Assembly (NCBI GenBank): GCA_002633005.1
Contig: NMRA01000418.1
Coordinates: 1-38,141, forward strand
DNA from: Phoronis australis
Taxonomy: Eukaryota; Animalia; Phoronida
Length of the DNA stretch: 38,141 nucleotides
Reading direction: 5' to 3'
Part shown: positions 1 to 13,130 of the stretch, piece after piece
Layout: each line of letters begins with the position of its first letter
How positions within the stretch are numbered: the stretch's first letter is position 1
Notes under the pieces: generated by a model
What the model was told of the DNA's origin: nothing
What the model saw: the letters and a program-made list of their open reading frames with translations, nothing else
Database searches by the model: none
Made by a program: the position numbers and the translations under genes

Positions 1-1
1 C

Positions 2-3000
2 CGTGTCTAGACCACTGGCCATCTCGAGGTGAACAGCCCGACATGTTAGACACGTAAATAAACACAAGTATCGCTTGTCCCGACGCTTTCCGCGACCCTG
101 GACAGTCATGAATGGCCCTGCAAAATCGACAGCTGTCCTGGCAAAGGCGCGTAACGGTTGTTTGACTCGAATAGCGGGTAATGGTCCCATCAGCTGTCTT
201 CCTGGAACAGCTTTCGATCTCTTACATCGGTTACAATTTGACTCCCAGCGCTTTATTTCTTCTCGACCGGACAATATCCAATATATTTGCGATGATAACG
301 CAAGGGTGTGGTTTGTTCCTGCCACGTGTTTACCTAGCTCGTGATGGTGTTTAATGATGAGCTGCGTCACCCAGTTACGTTTTGGGAGAATCACTGGAAA
401 TTTGGTGTCGTATGATAGGTAGTCCGCGTTTTCTAACCGACCACCACTACGGAGAATACCATCGTCGTCCAATATAGGTCTCAAATGAACGATTACACTA
501 TTTGCAGATACGTTCAAATTCTTCGTCAAATCCCGATTTTCTTTCGCGAACTCCTTGCCCTGCGCGGCACGAATTATGTGCTTCTCAGAATCCGATAATT
601 CATCTGCGGTTAATTCGTCGCTTTTGCGATTTTCCTTCGTAACGCGACAATTTTCTACGAAGCGAATCACCCATGCTTGTACCCGAATAAGTATTCTCCA
701 ATCAGAGAATCGATCAGGGAGTAGTCTCCAATCATCCGGCATTTTACTGTAATCAATTGATAAATATGTGTTACCCTTGAAGTTTTTCTTAACTTCTCCG
801 TAATCAATCTCTCCACTTTTCTCGAATTTCTGGTTTGGCCAACACGATTCATCTTGTGACAGAAAACATGTTGCATGCCACCATGTCTCACAGTCAGCTA
901 GCTCCTGGGCTGTTTTACCTCCAGTAATATAATCAGCAGGATTGTCACGAGTCGGAACATACCACCATTGACTGGGTGACGTATGCTCTTGAATAATGCC
1001 GACACGATTCGCGACGAACGGTTTTAGGATTTTATTTTGGCTGCGAATCCACCACAACACATTCATACTATCCGACCAGAATGTGCAATTGGTGATGTCA
1101 ATCTCTGGGGCTCTCGTAACCGATAAACAAAACTTCAGTCCGAGAACTGCAGCCATTAATTCCATTCTGGGGATGCTGACAGCAGTCAACGGCGTAACAC
1201 GATTTTTCGAGCCAACGATAACACAAGATACGCTTTTATCTTCATGTTGGCAGCGTTGGTAAATCACGGTACCATAAGCGTCTTGAGAGGCATCCACAAA
1301 CACGTGTAGACTAATAGATTCCATGACACCACCGCGACCCAGGCACCGTGGAACTGCGACATTAGCCAACATTTCAAACTCTTCGAACCACACAGTATTA
1401 CGCATTTTATTCTCTAATGATTTATCCAATGGTTCGTCCCATCCAACACCGACAGTCCACAACTCCTGCATCAGCATTTTTGCTCGCACTACAAACGGCC
1501 CTATGAATCCCAACGGATCAAAGAGTGTCGCGATTTTACTCAAAAAATTTCTCTTCGTATATGTGAATCCGTCGCAAGGCTGTTCCGCATGGAACGTGAA
1601 TACATCTTCCTCGGTTTTCCACATAACTCCTAATGTTTTAATTGACGGTAACACTTCATCTTTCAAATCTATCTCGGTCGCTCTCAATTCCGGTGAAATC
1701 TCGGACAACAATTCCTTTGAATTCGATAACCACTTTCTGGCCTGCATTCCTGCTTTCGACCACAATTTCGATAACTCTCGGTATAACTCAATCTCGTCTA
1801 GTACGTTCGGAACGGAATCCCTGTTGTCATCCATGTACGCTGATTTTAAGACAGTTTCGGATGCCCTTGGAAATTCCTCACTGTGTATCCTGGCGTTTTC
1901 CTGTGACACAAACTGTGCCAAAAATGGCGAAGAATTTACGCCAAAAACGACACGATTGAACTCGAACACGTCCGGTGTGGTATCGCTCTTTATATTTCGC
2001 CACAAGAAACGATGATATTGTTTATCCTCATTGAGCAGCTGGACTTGTAAATACATCTCGGATATGTCACATACCAACGCGATAGGATGTTTACGAAACC
2101 ATAAAAGTACATCAGTCAGCTCTCGCTGCAATTTTGGCCCCTGGTATATTGCATTATTCAAGCTTACGCCATCCTTTTTTGCAGATGCATCAAACACAAT
2201 AGGGACTTTAGTGGTCGCACGATTTTCTTTCACAACAGGAAAGTGCGGTAGATACCATCCTGTGAGTTCGGCACTCATTTTACTTTCAGCAAGTTTACGA
2301 ATATATCCCTTCGCTTCATATTTCTCAATAGTCTCATTGTAGACTCTAGCGACTTCTGGCGATTTAGCCAGCTTCTTTTCTGTAGCCTTTAAACGATCCA
2401 GTGCCATCACGTAAGCATTGGGCAAGCTCGATGGCGATTCTTTCCACGGAATTCCGATTTCATAACCGTTGTCCAGTTTCTTTAAATTTTTTTCCGCGGC
2501 GTTGTACGCGGTTCGATCATCGATACTCATCGGTAATTCATCAGTGTTTGGGTTTTCGATTTCCCAAGAACGTTGTACAGTACGATCGAGAATGTTCTCT
2601 GTAAAGAACGTGTGGTGAGCACTCAACGCTTTGTTCATTCCCCCAATGCATGTCCATCCTAACGGCGTAAGTCTGGCGATGGGCTCTCGGTTTCTTCCCC
2701 GCACATCCTGCATTGAGTAATGCAAGTCGCTGTTATCCAAACCGATCAAAATGTCAATTCGATGTCTTCCTTCAAGATCGGGAAATTCTATCCCGCGCAG
2801 ATGTGACCACCTTTTCTGTTCCGTTCTCCAGTCTATAGCTTTCAAATTTCCGGTTACGCGATTGACAGTCATAGCTTCGATTTCCTTTTTCGTGTGTCCA
2901 CCGATGTTTTCCAATTCGAATTTCACTGGCATCGTTTTGAATGATTCCTAACGACCATTAATTACGTTGACTACTATTTCTTCGGATTTTCCGCACACTA

Positions 3001-4621
3001 ACAGTCCCAATTCCGCGGCGACATCGGCGTTAAGGTAAGTGCGTGTACTAGCATCATCCAACAAGGCGTTTACACGAATACGTTTTGATCCATTTTTAAG
3101 TACCACTGGAACTGTTCTCATTGCTACGAAATCGGATTTATTCGAATGCAGGGTAGTGGTCGTGTGGGTCGCATGTGTAATCGCCCCCTCCGTGGCTGGA
3201 AGGCTAGAGGGACTGTTAGTAGTAGCGCCATCTGTGGCATTCTCACGCGTTTTCGGTTGGCGATCGTTGTTATTACGGTGTAATAACCTATTATGGGTTT
3301 CTTTACTTCCGTCGATATTGTATACACGCGATCTGCGACAATCCTGACCACGGTGATTGTACCCCAAGCAACGGAAACAAAGACGGAGTTGTTTAGCTTT
3401 CGACCATCGATCACTCACGGACATTGATTTAAATACCTCGCAATTCCAGGGGCCGTGCCCAGGCTGACCACAGGCTAAACATTCCGTCACGTCTGAGTTA
3501 TGTGTTACCATAGTACGATGTGGCGTAGAACGTGGGTGGGTAAGGGGCGTTGCCGACATTCCATGGACAGTTTCGAGCGAAATTGTGTGAAACTCGGCCT
3601 CCAGAATAATAAACTCACGCAATGTTTCAACCGATTCTTCCCTCTTTTTCTCGAACATCCAGCGTTGGAAATTAGTAATCATGGTCTCGCTCATTTTTCT
3701 CAATAGCTTATGATAAAGAGACCCGTTTTCTAGTTCTGAGACCATCTCTTCTTCTTTCAAATTGACTACCACTACATCCAACAAATCGGCGTAGTCTTGT
3801 ATGTCTTTGGCAGATTTTATAGGGCGAAATTCGTCAATTGCTTCAAGTTGGCTGGCTATCTTTCTGCGTTTGCCTCCATATTTTCTATCAAGGCGTTCTT
3901 TCGCTACTTTATAGGCCGTCGCATTATGACCCAGGCTTTCGATTAGTTTAAGGGGTTCTCCTGACAAATATTGACGAAGTTGGAGCAATTTATACTCTTC
4001 TGTTGCATTGGTTGTGTCAACACATGCGTAGAAAGCGGCTTTCCAGTTTTCATAATTTTTAGTTTGTCCAGAAAATACCGGGATTGAAACCCGTTTCAAC
4101 AATTTCCACATGTCACTGGCAGTAGTTGCAGGTGGACTTACTTCACTGTGTTCACTCTCAGTTGTAGTATTTGCAGTGGCGGATCTACGTTTTCAGTAAG
4201 GGGNCGAGGGGGGGTTTAAACCCCCTGAAGCCCCCCCGTAGATCCGCCTCTGAGTATTTGGGATCATAGTGTTTAGTGCACTGACAGGTGATTTATTAAC
4301 AATCTTACCGTCTATGTAAGCTTGAACCTGCTTGCTTGCCTCAGCTCCTTCGTTTTCTAGTTGTTCTATTTCCGATTGAGTTTTCTCATACAGCGATTTG
4401 TCCGTTTCGATATAAAGTCCTGCTAATTCACTGCACACTTGTTGCGCTTCGAAATTCAGTTGTTCTACTAACTCGCACAACTGATTTATGTCGTCGACTT
4501 CACTCTCCTCCAATATCAAGTTTGACAGCTGTCTCCTTTTTTTGGTGAAAGCCGCCTTGGCCTTCGACTTATTTAACTTCAGCGCATTTATCTGTTGTGT
4601 TTTTTCCGTTTTTGCACTCAC
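2..4621 (-). pseudogene. BEL/Pao gag-pol polyprotein with two lesions: MITE insertion at 4174-4252 and in-frame TAG at 2948-2950
   Basis: ORFs 4193..4621 and 2948..4111 are in the same frame. The frame continues past the TAG (ESFKTMPVKF...IDILIGLD) and is the same frame as the integrase motif at the window edge. The pol part is probably missing from the ORF track because it has no stop inside the window; I did not check every codon. Confidence 0.88.
4174..4252. mobile_element. hAT-like MITE inserted in gag
   Basis: TIRs CAGTGGCGGATCT / AGATCCGCCTCTG and a perfect 8-bp TSD AGTATTTG (4166-4173 and 4253-4260). It contains one n, so the true length may be greater. Confidence 0.9.
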
Positions 4622-4647
4622 TGCTCTCCATCCTGATTACTCCAAAC

Positions 4648-4665
4648 AACCTTGCTCTGCTACCA
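4648..4665 (-). promoter_or_regulatory. Primer binding site complementary to the initiator tRNA-Met 3' end
   Basis: Minus strand TGGTAGCAGAGCAAGGTT begins 5 nt after the LTR's terminal CA. The plus strand reads AACCTTGCTCTGCTACCA, which resembles a tRNA-iMet 3' end. Confidence 0.85.
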
Positions 4666-4670
4666 GAAAT

Positions 4671-4848
4671 TGTGCCGATGGTGCACAACTAAATTCTTAT
4701 TTTTAAAAACGATTTACGATGAAACACGATAACAAAATGATAACAACGCCCTTCCTTTACTTTTACGATATCGACTTTATATTTCGACTAACTCTCACGT
4801 GACATATAAGCATGCGCAGTAGTAAAAACACTTATAAACAGTGGAACA
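4671..4848 (-). repeat. 5' LTR of the BEL element (outer end uncertain; alternative 4877)
   Basis: TG...CA termini next to the PBS (TGTGCC...GGAACA). The second LTR is outside the window, so the outer boundary cannot be confirmed. Confidence 0.6.
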
Positions 4849-5689
4849 TCTGTAAAAGGTTAAAACACTCGTGAACATTGGCCGTAGCCTATTGTGTATG
4901 GGGGCCTAAACAAAAAATATTTCTCATAACGTCAAGGATAAAATCCGGACACGTTGTCGGGAGATTTTAGCCACTGGCAAGGGCATTTGCAAAGGTCAGG
5001 ACGTTTTAAAAACAAAAACGTTTCGTAACTTGAAACACGCAAGTTGATGTCAGACGTGCAAGTTCAATGTCACAGTCGGAAGTCGAACAGCACGGTCTAA
5101 TTAAACCAGAGCACATGTTACGCTACAACGAGAAACTGCAGCCTTCGGTGTATTTCCCATTTGTATTTTCATCAGAAATTTTCGTCATACGGGACTCGGT
5201 GATTCTTTTCATAGCTAAAGCGCCGAGCACAAGCTAAACGCAAGACAATCGAGTAACGGTCGTGACATCGTCAAGACAAGGGAAAAATTACAAAGCCCGT
5301 TCAAGCCTTATAGAGTAATAATCATCCGTTGAACACTTTAGTGACACGGGAGTTGCGTCGATCCCAAATTAGCGCTTCTAAAATTTTCCTTGTCCGAAAG
5401 TCGCGGACAAAAATCCGACGTTTATGACATTGTCCGAAATTCGAGGATCATTGAAAAACAGTTTTTGGACCTTGTACGAATTTCGTGGACTATGAAAAAC
5501 TCATTTGAGAAATATTCATTCTTCATTGGTCGAAAATGACTTTACCGTACCCAAATTGCGCGTGAGACGATAACGAGTACTCCCCGATACGCAGCAACTG
5601 TGCCACATGTTGAATGACTCGTAAACAAACGCAAACGACAATCGAACTTATCACAGCCGAGGTAAAAAACAATGACTGACTCGACATGC

Positions 5690-6167
5690 AAACAGACAAG
5701 ATGGTAACGAGTTCAGCGCTCCAAATAGACGTGGGTGGTCGCTTTCTCACTAGTTATAGAACGTCCTGGTCACCCAGAATTTAAAACAAAGCATCCAGAT
5801 CTCCTTCTCGTCTCACTACAATGAGTTCAAACTGGAGTGAAAGTACCGTAGTTTGCTGTCTTCCTGATTTCTGAAAATAAAACCGTATGAGAAATTCAAT
5901 TTAAAAACTACAGTTTGTTGCCTAAAATCCACCAGAGGTCCTTACGAAGGTTTTTGGGTTCAAACCACGGAGACGAAAGTTGTAAATATCTTGCTGCCTT
6001 CTTCTTATGGACGCCCTGGTGCATATAGAAGTCCAGTTGTCACGATAAACAACAGTTAGAGAGTGATCCATAACTCCAAAGATGCCGATCGGTTCCTCTG
6101 GGGCCGGTACCGTATGCTGGTTTCGGCCACATCGATGTCTTGTGAGATTCTTCCTTCGTCTGAACAT
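5690..6167 (-). pseudogene. Decayed Polinton/adintovirus accessory ORF resembling the N-terminal region of pPolB
   Basis: Translations QDIYNFRL, FKLNFSYGFIFRNQEDSKLRYFHSS and RPPTSIWSAELVT, with stops and frameshifts, lie directly downstream of the PolB in the same orientation. Confidence 0.55.
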
Positions 6168-6285
6168 GCACCTAAGATAGAAAAGAAACCTTATTATGTT
6201 CTAACCGTGTATTAAGAACAAATTTCATTATAATACAGTACGAAAATCACTATGGTAAATTTATTAAATGTCTAACGGTCCTGGA

Positions 6286-7965
6286 TTAAATGTTCAAAGG
6301 TCCATTGTTGACACCCTTGTCGAACACTTGTTCTTTGGGATAAAACTAGGTGAATGCACACCTCTCTTGCAGATAGGGATACTTAGGTATTTCGTTGCCT
6401 AACCGAAATCCTTTGTTCCGGGACATGCAACTCCTCGTAGTCTGAAACACTTTGAGATACCTCGCCTTAACGATTTCATTTCTCTGCCGTTGTACTCCTT
6501 TGCAGCTAAAATGAAATTTACCGTCGTCCGCATCCATGCGTTTTAGTGCAATGCAGCTCAATAAACCAAGGGTGCGCATGTCATAGGACTCGTTTTCTTC
6601 AGTGTATGGTCGTGGAAACCAGAAATGTTTTCCCTTTCGAATGTCGGGTTTAATCATGTCATCTAGACAGTTACCGACACTGCCATGAACGTCGAGTCTG
6701 TTTCCATCTCGCAAACTTCGAAATAAGATCTGTCGATAAATTTTAACATGAAGTCGGAGTAAAACTCGAACATTCGCAACTTTGTGTACTGATAGACAGT
6801 AAAGTCTATTTGAAGTGGTAGGTTCAGGCTTATGCTCTTCTTTTTCATCTCGAAGTCGTGGGTTCCGTCACCGATATAACTGACATGTCCACGTTCCGGG
6901 AACCGGACCTTCCATTGAGCATTAGCCTCTTCGCAGTACTTGTCGTCAAGATGACAGAGTTACCCTACGCACTATTGCCTTTAACCTTCACCGTCTGCAC
7001 TACAACAGCCTTCTTGTTGTCTTTGTCCCATTCCCGCCTAGCGTCGCTGACTTCCTAGCTCACGAAGACACTCGAAACATTTTGAAGGAGCGCATTTGAC
7101 CATTTGATAGATGTTTGTTATCTCCATGCCGTGTTTCAAGTAACATTTCAGAAGTGGGGTTGCCAACAGAATTTTCTCACTGAAGATACTTCCCACCAGA
7201 GATTGTCGTGGTCGGCTTTTGTTTTTCTCTGCATACTCCCGCATATGGTCTCTTATGTCGTCTCTGCCGATGTCTACATTCTTGAATATTGGTTACATTT
7301 CTGAAAAGTGCTCTCTCAGATGCCTTAGGACTTCGATGTCACATTCCACAACACAGAGCAAAGAGTAACGTCTAGAGGCGCTTTTTTATTGTCAATCTCA
7401 TCAGAGATTACCAATTATACGTTATTCATTATATTGTAATTGTACTAGTCATAATCAATGACCTTATATCGCCTACCTCCTTCTCCTTTTCATCTCTGGT
7501 AACAAGCTTGCGACGCACGTATTATTTATCCATTATTCGGGAGATATATCGATCATAAATGTTTTTACTTGTTCGCTCGTGAGGCTGTAGAAATGTTCAG
7601 TGAGTAGTTCTCGCCTCCCGAGGAAAGAACATAGGACATCATCTTGCCGTTTCAAATCCTCAAATTTGCACTCCCAGATTTCTTCATAATCTAAACCTTG
7701 ATCGGTGATATAGTCTAATCTTTCTCCAAGAGCTCACTCAAAGCGACGGTTCGGGCTTGATTTCTCGTCCTCAGAGTTCCGTCGTCTTTTCTTGTGAGAG
7801 CACAGTCGTGACCGTGCCAGTTACATCCTCGGTGCTTGGACAGAAATCGTCCCCTGGAATACGACGCTAACACAATCTTTTTCAACCCATTGAACTGGTG
7901 ACGAATACTAAATACTATTGCCACTCTAAGTAATCCAACCAAGCAGTTGCGTTTCGTACCTTAGG
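6286..7965 (-). pseudogene. Protein-primed family B DNA polymerase (Polinton/Maverick/adintovirus type), C-terminal half, frameshifted
   Basis: Motifs occur in order across frames: AWLDY..IRHQFNG, GCNWHGH, IWECKF, LLATPLLKCYLKHG, KGNSAYG (motif B), LPLQIDFTVYQYTKLRMFEFY, CEMETDS (motif C), SCKGVQ, NKGFR, FYPK..PLNI*. Confidence 0.9.
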
Positions 7966-9900
7966 GTCAGAATAATAGAGAGTGATTCCAATAACAGAGG
8001 ATCATGGATAAATAATTGTTTGTCGTGTAATAAAATTGTACTTGTGTTGTTTTTTGTACTGAACAGGTTAAAAAAATCATCGGGACCAGATGTTTGCAGG
8101 CTCTTTGGAGATGGTGTACGAAACCGTTGACTCCAAAGTCAAGGTCCCTCTCCAACTGGTTGACTTAAACCTATCACGTAACTACCTGTGACGTCATTTT
8201 CACTTCTCTTCAGTTTGCGGATTGTGTCACTTTTGGTTGAAACCATCACAGGTGACTTTTGATTTTTAAGTTTGGGACTTTGACTGGGGTCCCTCCCAAA
8301 CACGGCGCCTGAACAACTCATTATACCAGTTGCTTGTTTTTATTTAAAAAGCATGTGTGTTTCAAAATACACTGAAAATTCTTTGTAAAATGATATGAAA
8401 AATCAGATAGTGTCGCTTTTTCATTAACAGTGAATTAGAATCCTGAAAACAAATATTTCTACTTTCATAGCATAAACTTCATTTCAACCATTTATTCATC
8501 AAATATTACTATATTACAACAGAAAGTCTTCGTTATCGAAGGTGCGATATGAACGCTTGTTAATGATACGTGGTGGAAACCTAGGGTGACAAGTCTTATA
8601 CGCTGTGAATAAAGATTATGATCGCTAATCCCAATGGGTATACTATCAAACTTAAAAATTTTGCAACGTTTGATACAAGAATAAGATCAAGGCATGTCGA
8701 AGTTTTGACGGAAACCCTTGTGGGCACGTTAATAATATTCTGCATACCCAACTCTCGTTCCCATGCCTTAATCTTACCCACTGTCCTCTTACACAATGCA
8801 TCACAATTAAAATCACCAGTAACAATAAAATCTTTGCTGGTGTGAGCTTGATTATGAACAATATTTTTTAAATGATCAGTCAATTTTTCTGTGTATTCTG
8901 CGTTCGCAGAGGGTGGTCTGTAGACTGATCCAATAATCAAATTCTTCGATTTAGGAATACCAATCTCAACCCAGAGCGACTCCACCTGTTCGTCATGGTG
9001 CTGCAGCTGACGGCTAGTTAGTTCTTCTTTCGTGTAGATGGCAACACCACCACCTTTCCTGTTACGGTCGTTCCTATTCAATTCAAAGCCGTCGATGGCG
9101 ATCTCAGAATCATCGATGATAGAAGAGAGCCGTGTTTCATTCAAGCAAAGAATATCGATGAGTTTTTGACTCATAATAAAACGCAGATAATCAATTCGAT
9201 CAGTTAGCGACACTATATTAAGGTGTCCAATACGGAGACCTTTGGTGTATTTTAAATCAGATAGAATATCGGGACCATGGTCACTCGGGATACTGCCAGA
9301 GATTGACGGGGATGATTCATTTATGTTCTCGGTTGTGAACAACGAGTCACTAAAAATTAAAAAATCGGAGAAACCATTGAGAGCCGGGACGTGGTCTGGT
9401 TTGAGCCACGTTTCCGTGGTTGCAGCTATGTCATCTTTCTGTTCAGGACAGTAAAGAACCTCACTGTTAATGGTAGCAGATTCAGTGACTAGGGGGAGTC
9501 CCACATTAAAAGCCTCATACCAGTCAATTACATTGTCATGGTGCTTCTCTGGTTGTAAACATGGATAGACATAATGCAGGAAACAATGCAGTTGTTCCAA
9601 ATACATAGCAGTAGCAATGCTGTGGATTATCACCTGTTGAGTTCCGTTCAGCTGAATGCTGGACCTTGACTAGCAATCAAGAATATCCTTGGGAAGGGTA
9701 CACAGCAGGTTATCGGTATTGCAGCAAAAATTTTCATCGATACTCAAAGAGTTCAGCGTCAAAATACAGTAGAACCACAAAACACAGTTCTGTGGCAGTC
9801 CACTCATCAGATCCTTCGACATTAAAGCTTTCGATGGAACCCAAATATACATCAATCAGAACGGTTATGACTCTGCAATTCTCTTAAGATACGGAGCAAT
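7966..9900 (-). mobile_element. CR1/L2-group LINE fragment with an APE endonuclease (ORF 8596..9633), RT missing
   Basis: GLRIGHLNIVSL, DILCLNETRL, DRNRKGGGVAIY, IGSVYRPP, GDFN, PTRV..TCLDLI and a frameshifted SDH motif. Boundaries are approximate. Confidence 0.88.
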
Positions 9901-10203
9901 TAACAGCACGTTACAGGTCACAGGACGTACGCTTCAACACCATTGTAATTTGCCGTTTTGCTTGCAATTTGCCTTTAATACGTTGCACTTTGCGAATTAT
10001 GTGTCCGTGAACTGTTGCTGAATATTTTGCGGCTTCCAGTTCCACGGGCGGACGGGCAGAAACCCATGCCAATGGGGCTATTCGGAGAATTCTCCTCGCG
10101 GTGTCGCTGTTGTACTAGTGGTGATTGAATTGCGCATGCGTGGCTGTCTGCATGTAAACAACTGGTAAAAGATGGAATTTTTATCAAAATACGTCGTCGC
10201 GCT

Positions 10204-11110
10204 AAGCCTTATTACTGCTAATTTCCCTGGTGCAAGTCTTCGACAGGTGGCCACAAATTCCCAAAAGACCTAAGGTTACTATATTCGTGGACAATTGCGG
10301 TCAACAGGGTCAACTGACAAAAAGTGTGTGGATGCTGACGCCCCGTGTGTGCTCTCTATTTCTATGACTATGCAATTACATTCGGAGACTACACAACATT
10401 ACTTGGTAATTTTTTAGCAATCAGTTTCTATCAATATCGTTCGGTGATGTTATCCCCACCAGTTACCCTACTGAATAACAGTTTTCTTGAGTGGATATAA
10501 GTGTTTCTTTTTGGAAACTCACCCGATGCCGGGTAGGCTAGCAGCACATCATATTATCCTGGGTGGGAGTGCTCCCAAAATAAGAGGTGTATGGTACGTG
10601 ATGCACAGAAGTCAAGAGTGACTTTTTCACTGCAGTTTCTCTTCAAACTATGCTGTTTCCAATAAAATTCTCTAGATGAATGAGTTTCCTTATTTTATCG
10701 TGGACCCCACCCCCAGGACAACCACCTCAGTTATCGAATTAACATGAATAAGCCTTAATTCAGTAAATGTCGTAACATTGCATTGGAAATAAATTGACAC
10801 CTAGAATGAATTTTACTTGTTGAGATCAGAAGCATATTTTAAGTGTCATGAAAAATACATATTGTTAAATCACTTTTAGCCTGTTTCACATATTTTAATT
10901 CAGATATTAAATAAGACTTGGGTACAAAGGTTATTAGTTTCTACACATAAACATGAAGATGAAATGTTAAGTATGTTCTGCCTTACAAAAGTAGTTTTGT
11001 CTTGTCTTTTCTTTTGCAATTTGCTAATATTTCTATTTTGTTACAGGCAAGAAAAAACAACTGAAATCAACCGCCTGACCACCTATTTCACCGTTGGACA
11101 AAGTGAAAAG
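10204..11110 (+). pseudogene. THAP zinc-finger remnant (N-terminus of the transposase), two exons
   Basis: PYYC*FPWCKSSTGGHKFPKDLRLLYSWTIAVNR...VCALYF, then a GT donor at 10406, an acceptor ttacAG at 11045-11046, and KKQLKSTA*PPI (a decayed AVPT box). Confidence 0.7.
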
Positions 11111-11429
11111 CAATCCTTCAGCAATAACCTGAGAGAATTGAACGTAATTCAGAAATTCAGCACCTGATATGCCTGATTATGGACTCCCTCGCAATGTTGT
11201 TTCTTTCTGTCCTTTTTCAGTTTGCCATTTGTTTTTAAATACACTGATAATTGTTTATTCTCGAATCTTGTGCATAGCAGATTCTTATCCAGCTAGCTAC
11301 AATTGAAAACATACAATAAGACAATCGATGCAGTCACTGAATGTCATTTTCTCATAATCTGTACCAAATTGAAAAGTTTTTACCAATAGTATAAAGCCTT
11401 TCTTCTGAAAGGAAAATTTAATGTCACTC

Positions 11430-13130
11430 AGCTTGTGGCTTTCATTTCAGTGGGTTCTAGTTTCAATGGCCTATAGAAGCGCTTGTAAAAAAGGTCCAGT
11501 TTCAACACGTGGCTTTCTTTCATGTAACCTCATTCAGCCTCAATAACATCCACAATTAGACCGTTGAAGGTAAACACAGCAGCATATCACTTGAATCGTT
11601 TTGAGCCCAAAATNNNNNNNNNNNNNNNNNNNNNNNNNNNNNNNNNNNNNNNNNNNNNNNNNNNNNNNNNNNNNNNNNNNNNNNNNNNNNNNNNNNNNNN
11701 NNNNNNNNNNNNNNNNNNNNNNNNNNNNNNNNNNNNNNNNNNNNNNNNNNNNNNNNNNNNNNNNNNNNNNNNNNNNNNNNNNNNNNNNNNNNNNNNNNNN
11801 NNNNNNNNNNNNNNNNNNNNNNNNNNNNNNNNNNNNNNNNNNNNNNNNNNNNNNNNNNNNNNNNNNNNNNNNNNNNNNNNNNNNNNNNNNNNNNNNNNNN
11901 NNNNNNNNNNNNNNNNNNNNNNNNNNNNNNNNNNNNNNNNNNNNNNNNNNNNNNNNNNNNNNNNNNNNNNNNNNNNNNNNNNNNNNNNNNNNNNNNNNNN
12001 NNNNNNNNNNNNNNNNNNNNNNNNNNNNNNNNNNNNNNNNNNNNNNNNNNNNNNNNNNNNNNNNNNNNNNNNNNNNNNNNNNNNNNNNNNNNNNNNNNNN
12101 NNNNNNNNNNNNNNNNNNNNNNNNNNNNNNNNNNNNNNNNNNNNNNNNNNNNNNNNNNNNNNNNNNNNNNNNNNNNNNNNNNNNNNNNNNNNNNNNNNNN
12201 NNNNNNNNNNNNNNNNNNNNNNNNNNNNNNNNNNNNNNNNNNNNNNNNNNNNNNNNNNNNNNNNNNNNNNNNNNNGTGAAGGTTAAGAATTACCTCACCA
12301 TGCTCTTTTCCCCAAACATGTATTACCTGTTATTTCCACACATTTAGTTGTACCAAATATTACAACCCCCCATGCCAATCCCCCCTCGGGACCTGAATAA
12401 GTAATTTAACAAAATGACTTTAAAAATAGGTGTTCCTTTTCAAAGGCTTTGTCCGTTGTCTCCAATATTGAAAGTAGGCTTTGACAACAGATCTGCACTG
12501 GATGATGGGAAGATCTTGTTGGTTAGCTGCAGTCAAATGCTAAAAACCAATTTTCGTCCATTCAGGGACGGTGCAGAAGCGATGCATATCTCCTCTGCAC
12601 GGTACAAGCCTTCAAACCTAAAAACCAAAGGTTACGTGAAAACTGACGTGATAGATTTCCATTTCAACGTGAAATAGATTTCCAGAAGACATATGATAGG
12701 GAGTAAACAAATAGTCTAATGCAATGGATAATTATCACTCACGCACCCTTTGCCATTGGGATTGGATTGTAATCGTAACTCATTAACCTGTATCGAGTTG
12801 ACAGCATAACCATTCAGCATTGATTGATGTAACTGTCACTGATAAACTTTTAGAAATCATTCCAAACAATAATACTGCTTTGATGTAGGAAAAGATCCCG
12901 ATTGCTACGTCAAGTATCGTATCACATATCACAACATACAAAGATTAACCAGATTCTGGCTGGCGACTGACTGCCGCGAAGTCGACATCGGCGAGTGCCT
13001 CAGTTAATAGGCATCGGTAGAATAATCACAAATCTTACCTTTGTATGAGGTCGTGCTTACTTTCTCTCATAGAAGCACCCTTTTTACGCAATCTCAGATT
13101 CAGTTGGCACGACTGCAAGCCATTTCACCA
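11430..13130 (-). pseudogene. SAP-domain / YqaJ (lambda-exonuclease-like) gene remnant of the ISL2EU element
   Basis: Exon 13130-13039 reads QLNLRLRKKGASMRESKHDLIQR|gtaag (SAP-like), with an acceptor at 12619-12618. The C-terminus at 11430-11613 reads VFTFNGLIVDVIEAE*GYMKESHVLKLDLFYKRF (YqaJ-like). The middle falls in the N-gap. Confidence 0.6.
11614..12275. other. Assembly gap
   Basis: Run of n. Confidence 1.

Larger units (their letters stand above)
1..4848 (-). mobile_element. BEL/Pao LTR retrotransposon, 5' part; continues beyond the left window edge
   Basis: 5' LTR and PBS, then DUF1759-type gag (IPVFSGQTKNYENWKAAF) with CCHC knuckles, aspartic protease (ALLDDAS), RT (WYLPHFPV, VFDASAK, YMDD), RNase H/Peptidase_A17 region and integrase (FARTAVDFAGPF, YLCLFTCLTCRAVHLE), all on the minus strand in Pao order. 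Confidence 0.96.

Noticed and set aside
75-3706. Many plus-strand ORFs (e.g. 1323..2015)
   Set aside because: Antisense shadows of the BEL gag-pol frame.
4819-4830. AGTAGT as a Polinton terminus
   Set aside because: It falls inside the probable BEL LTR and no partner terminus is present in the window.
11564-12347. Long ORFs of X residues (also 31014..31871)
   Set aside because: Artefacts of the N-gaps.
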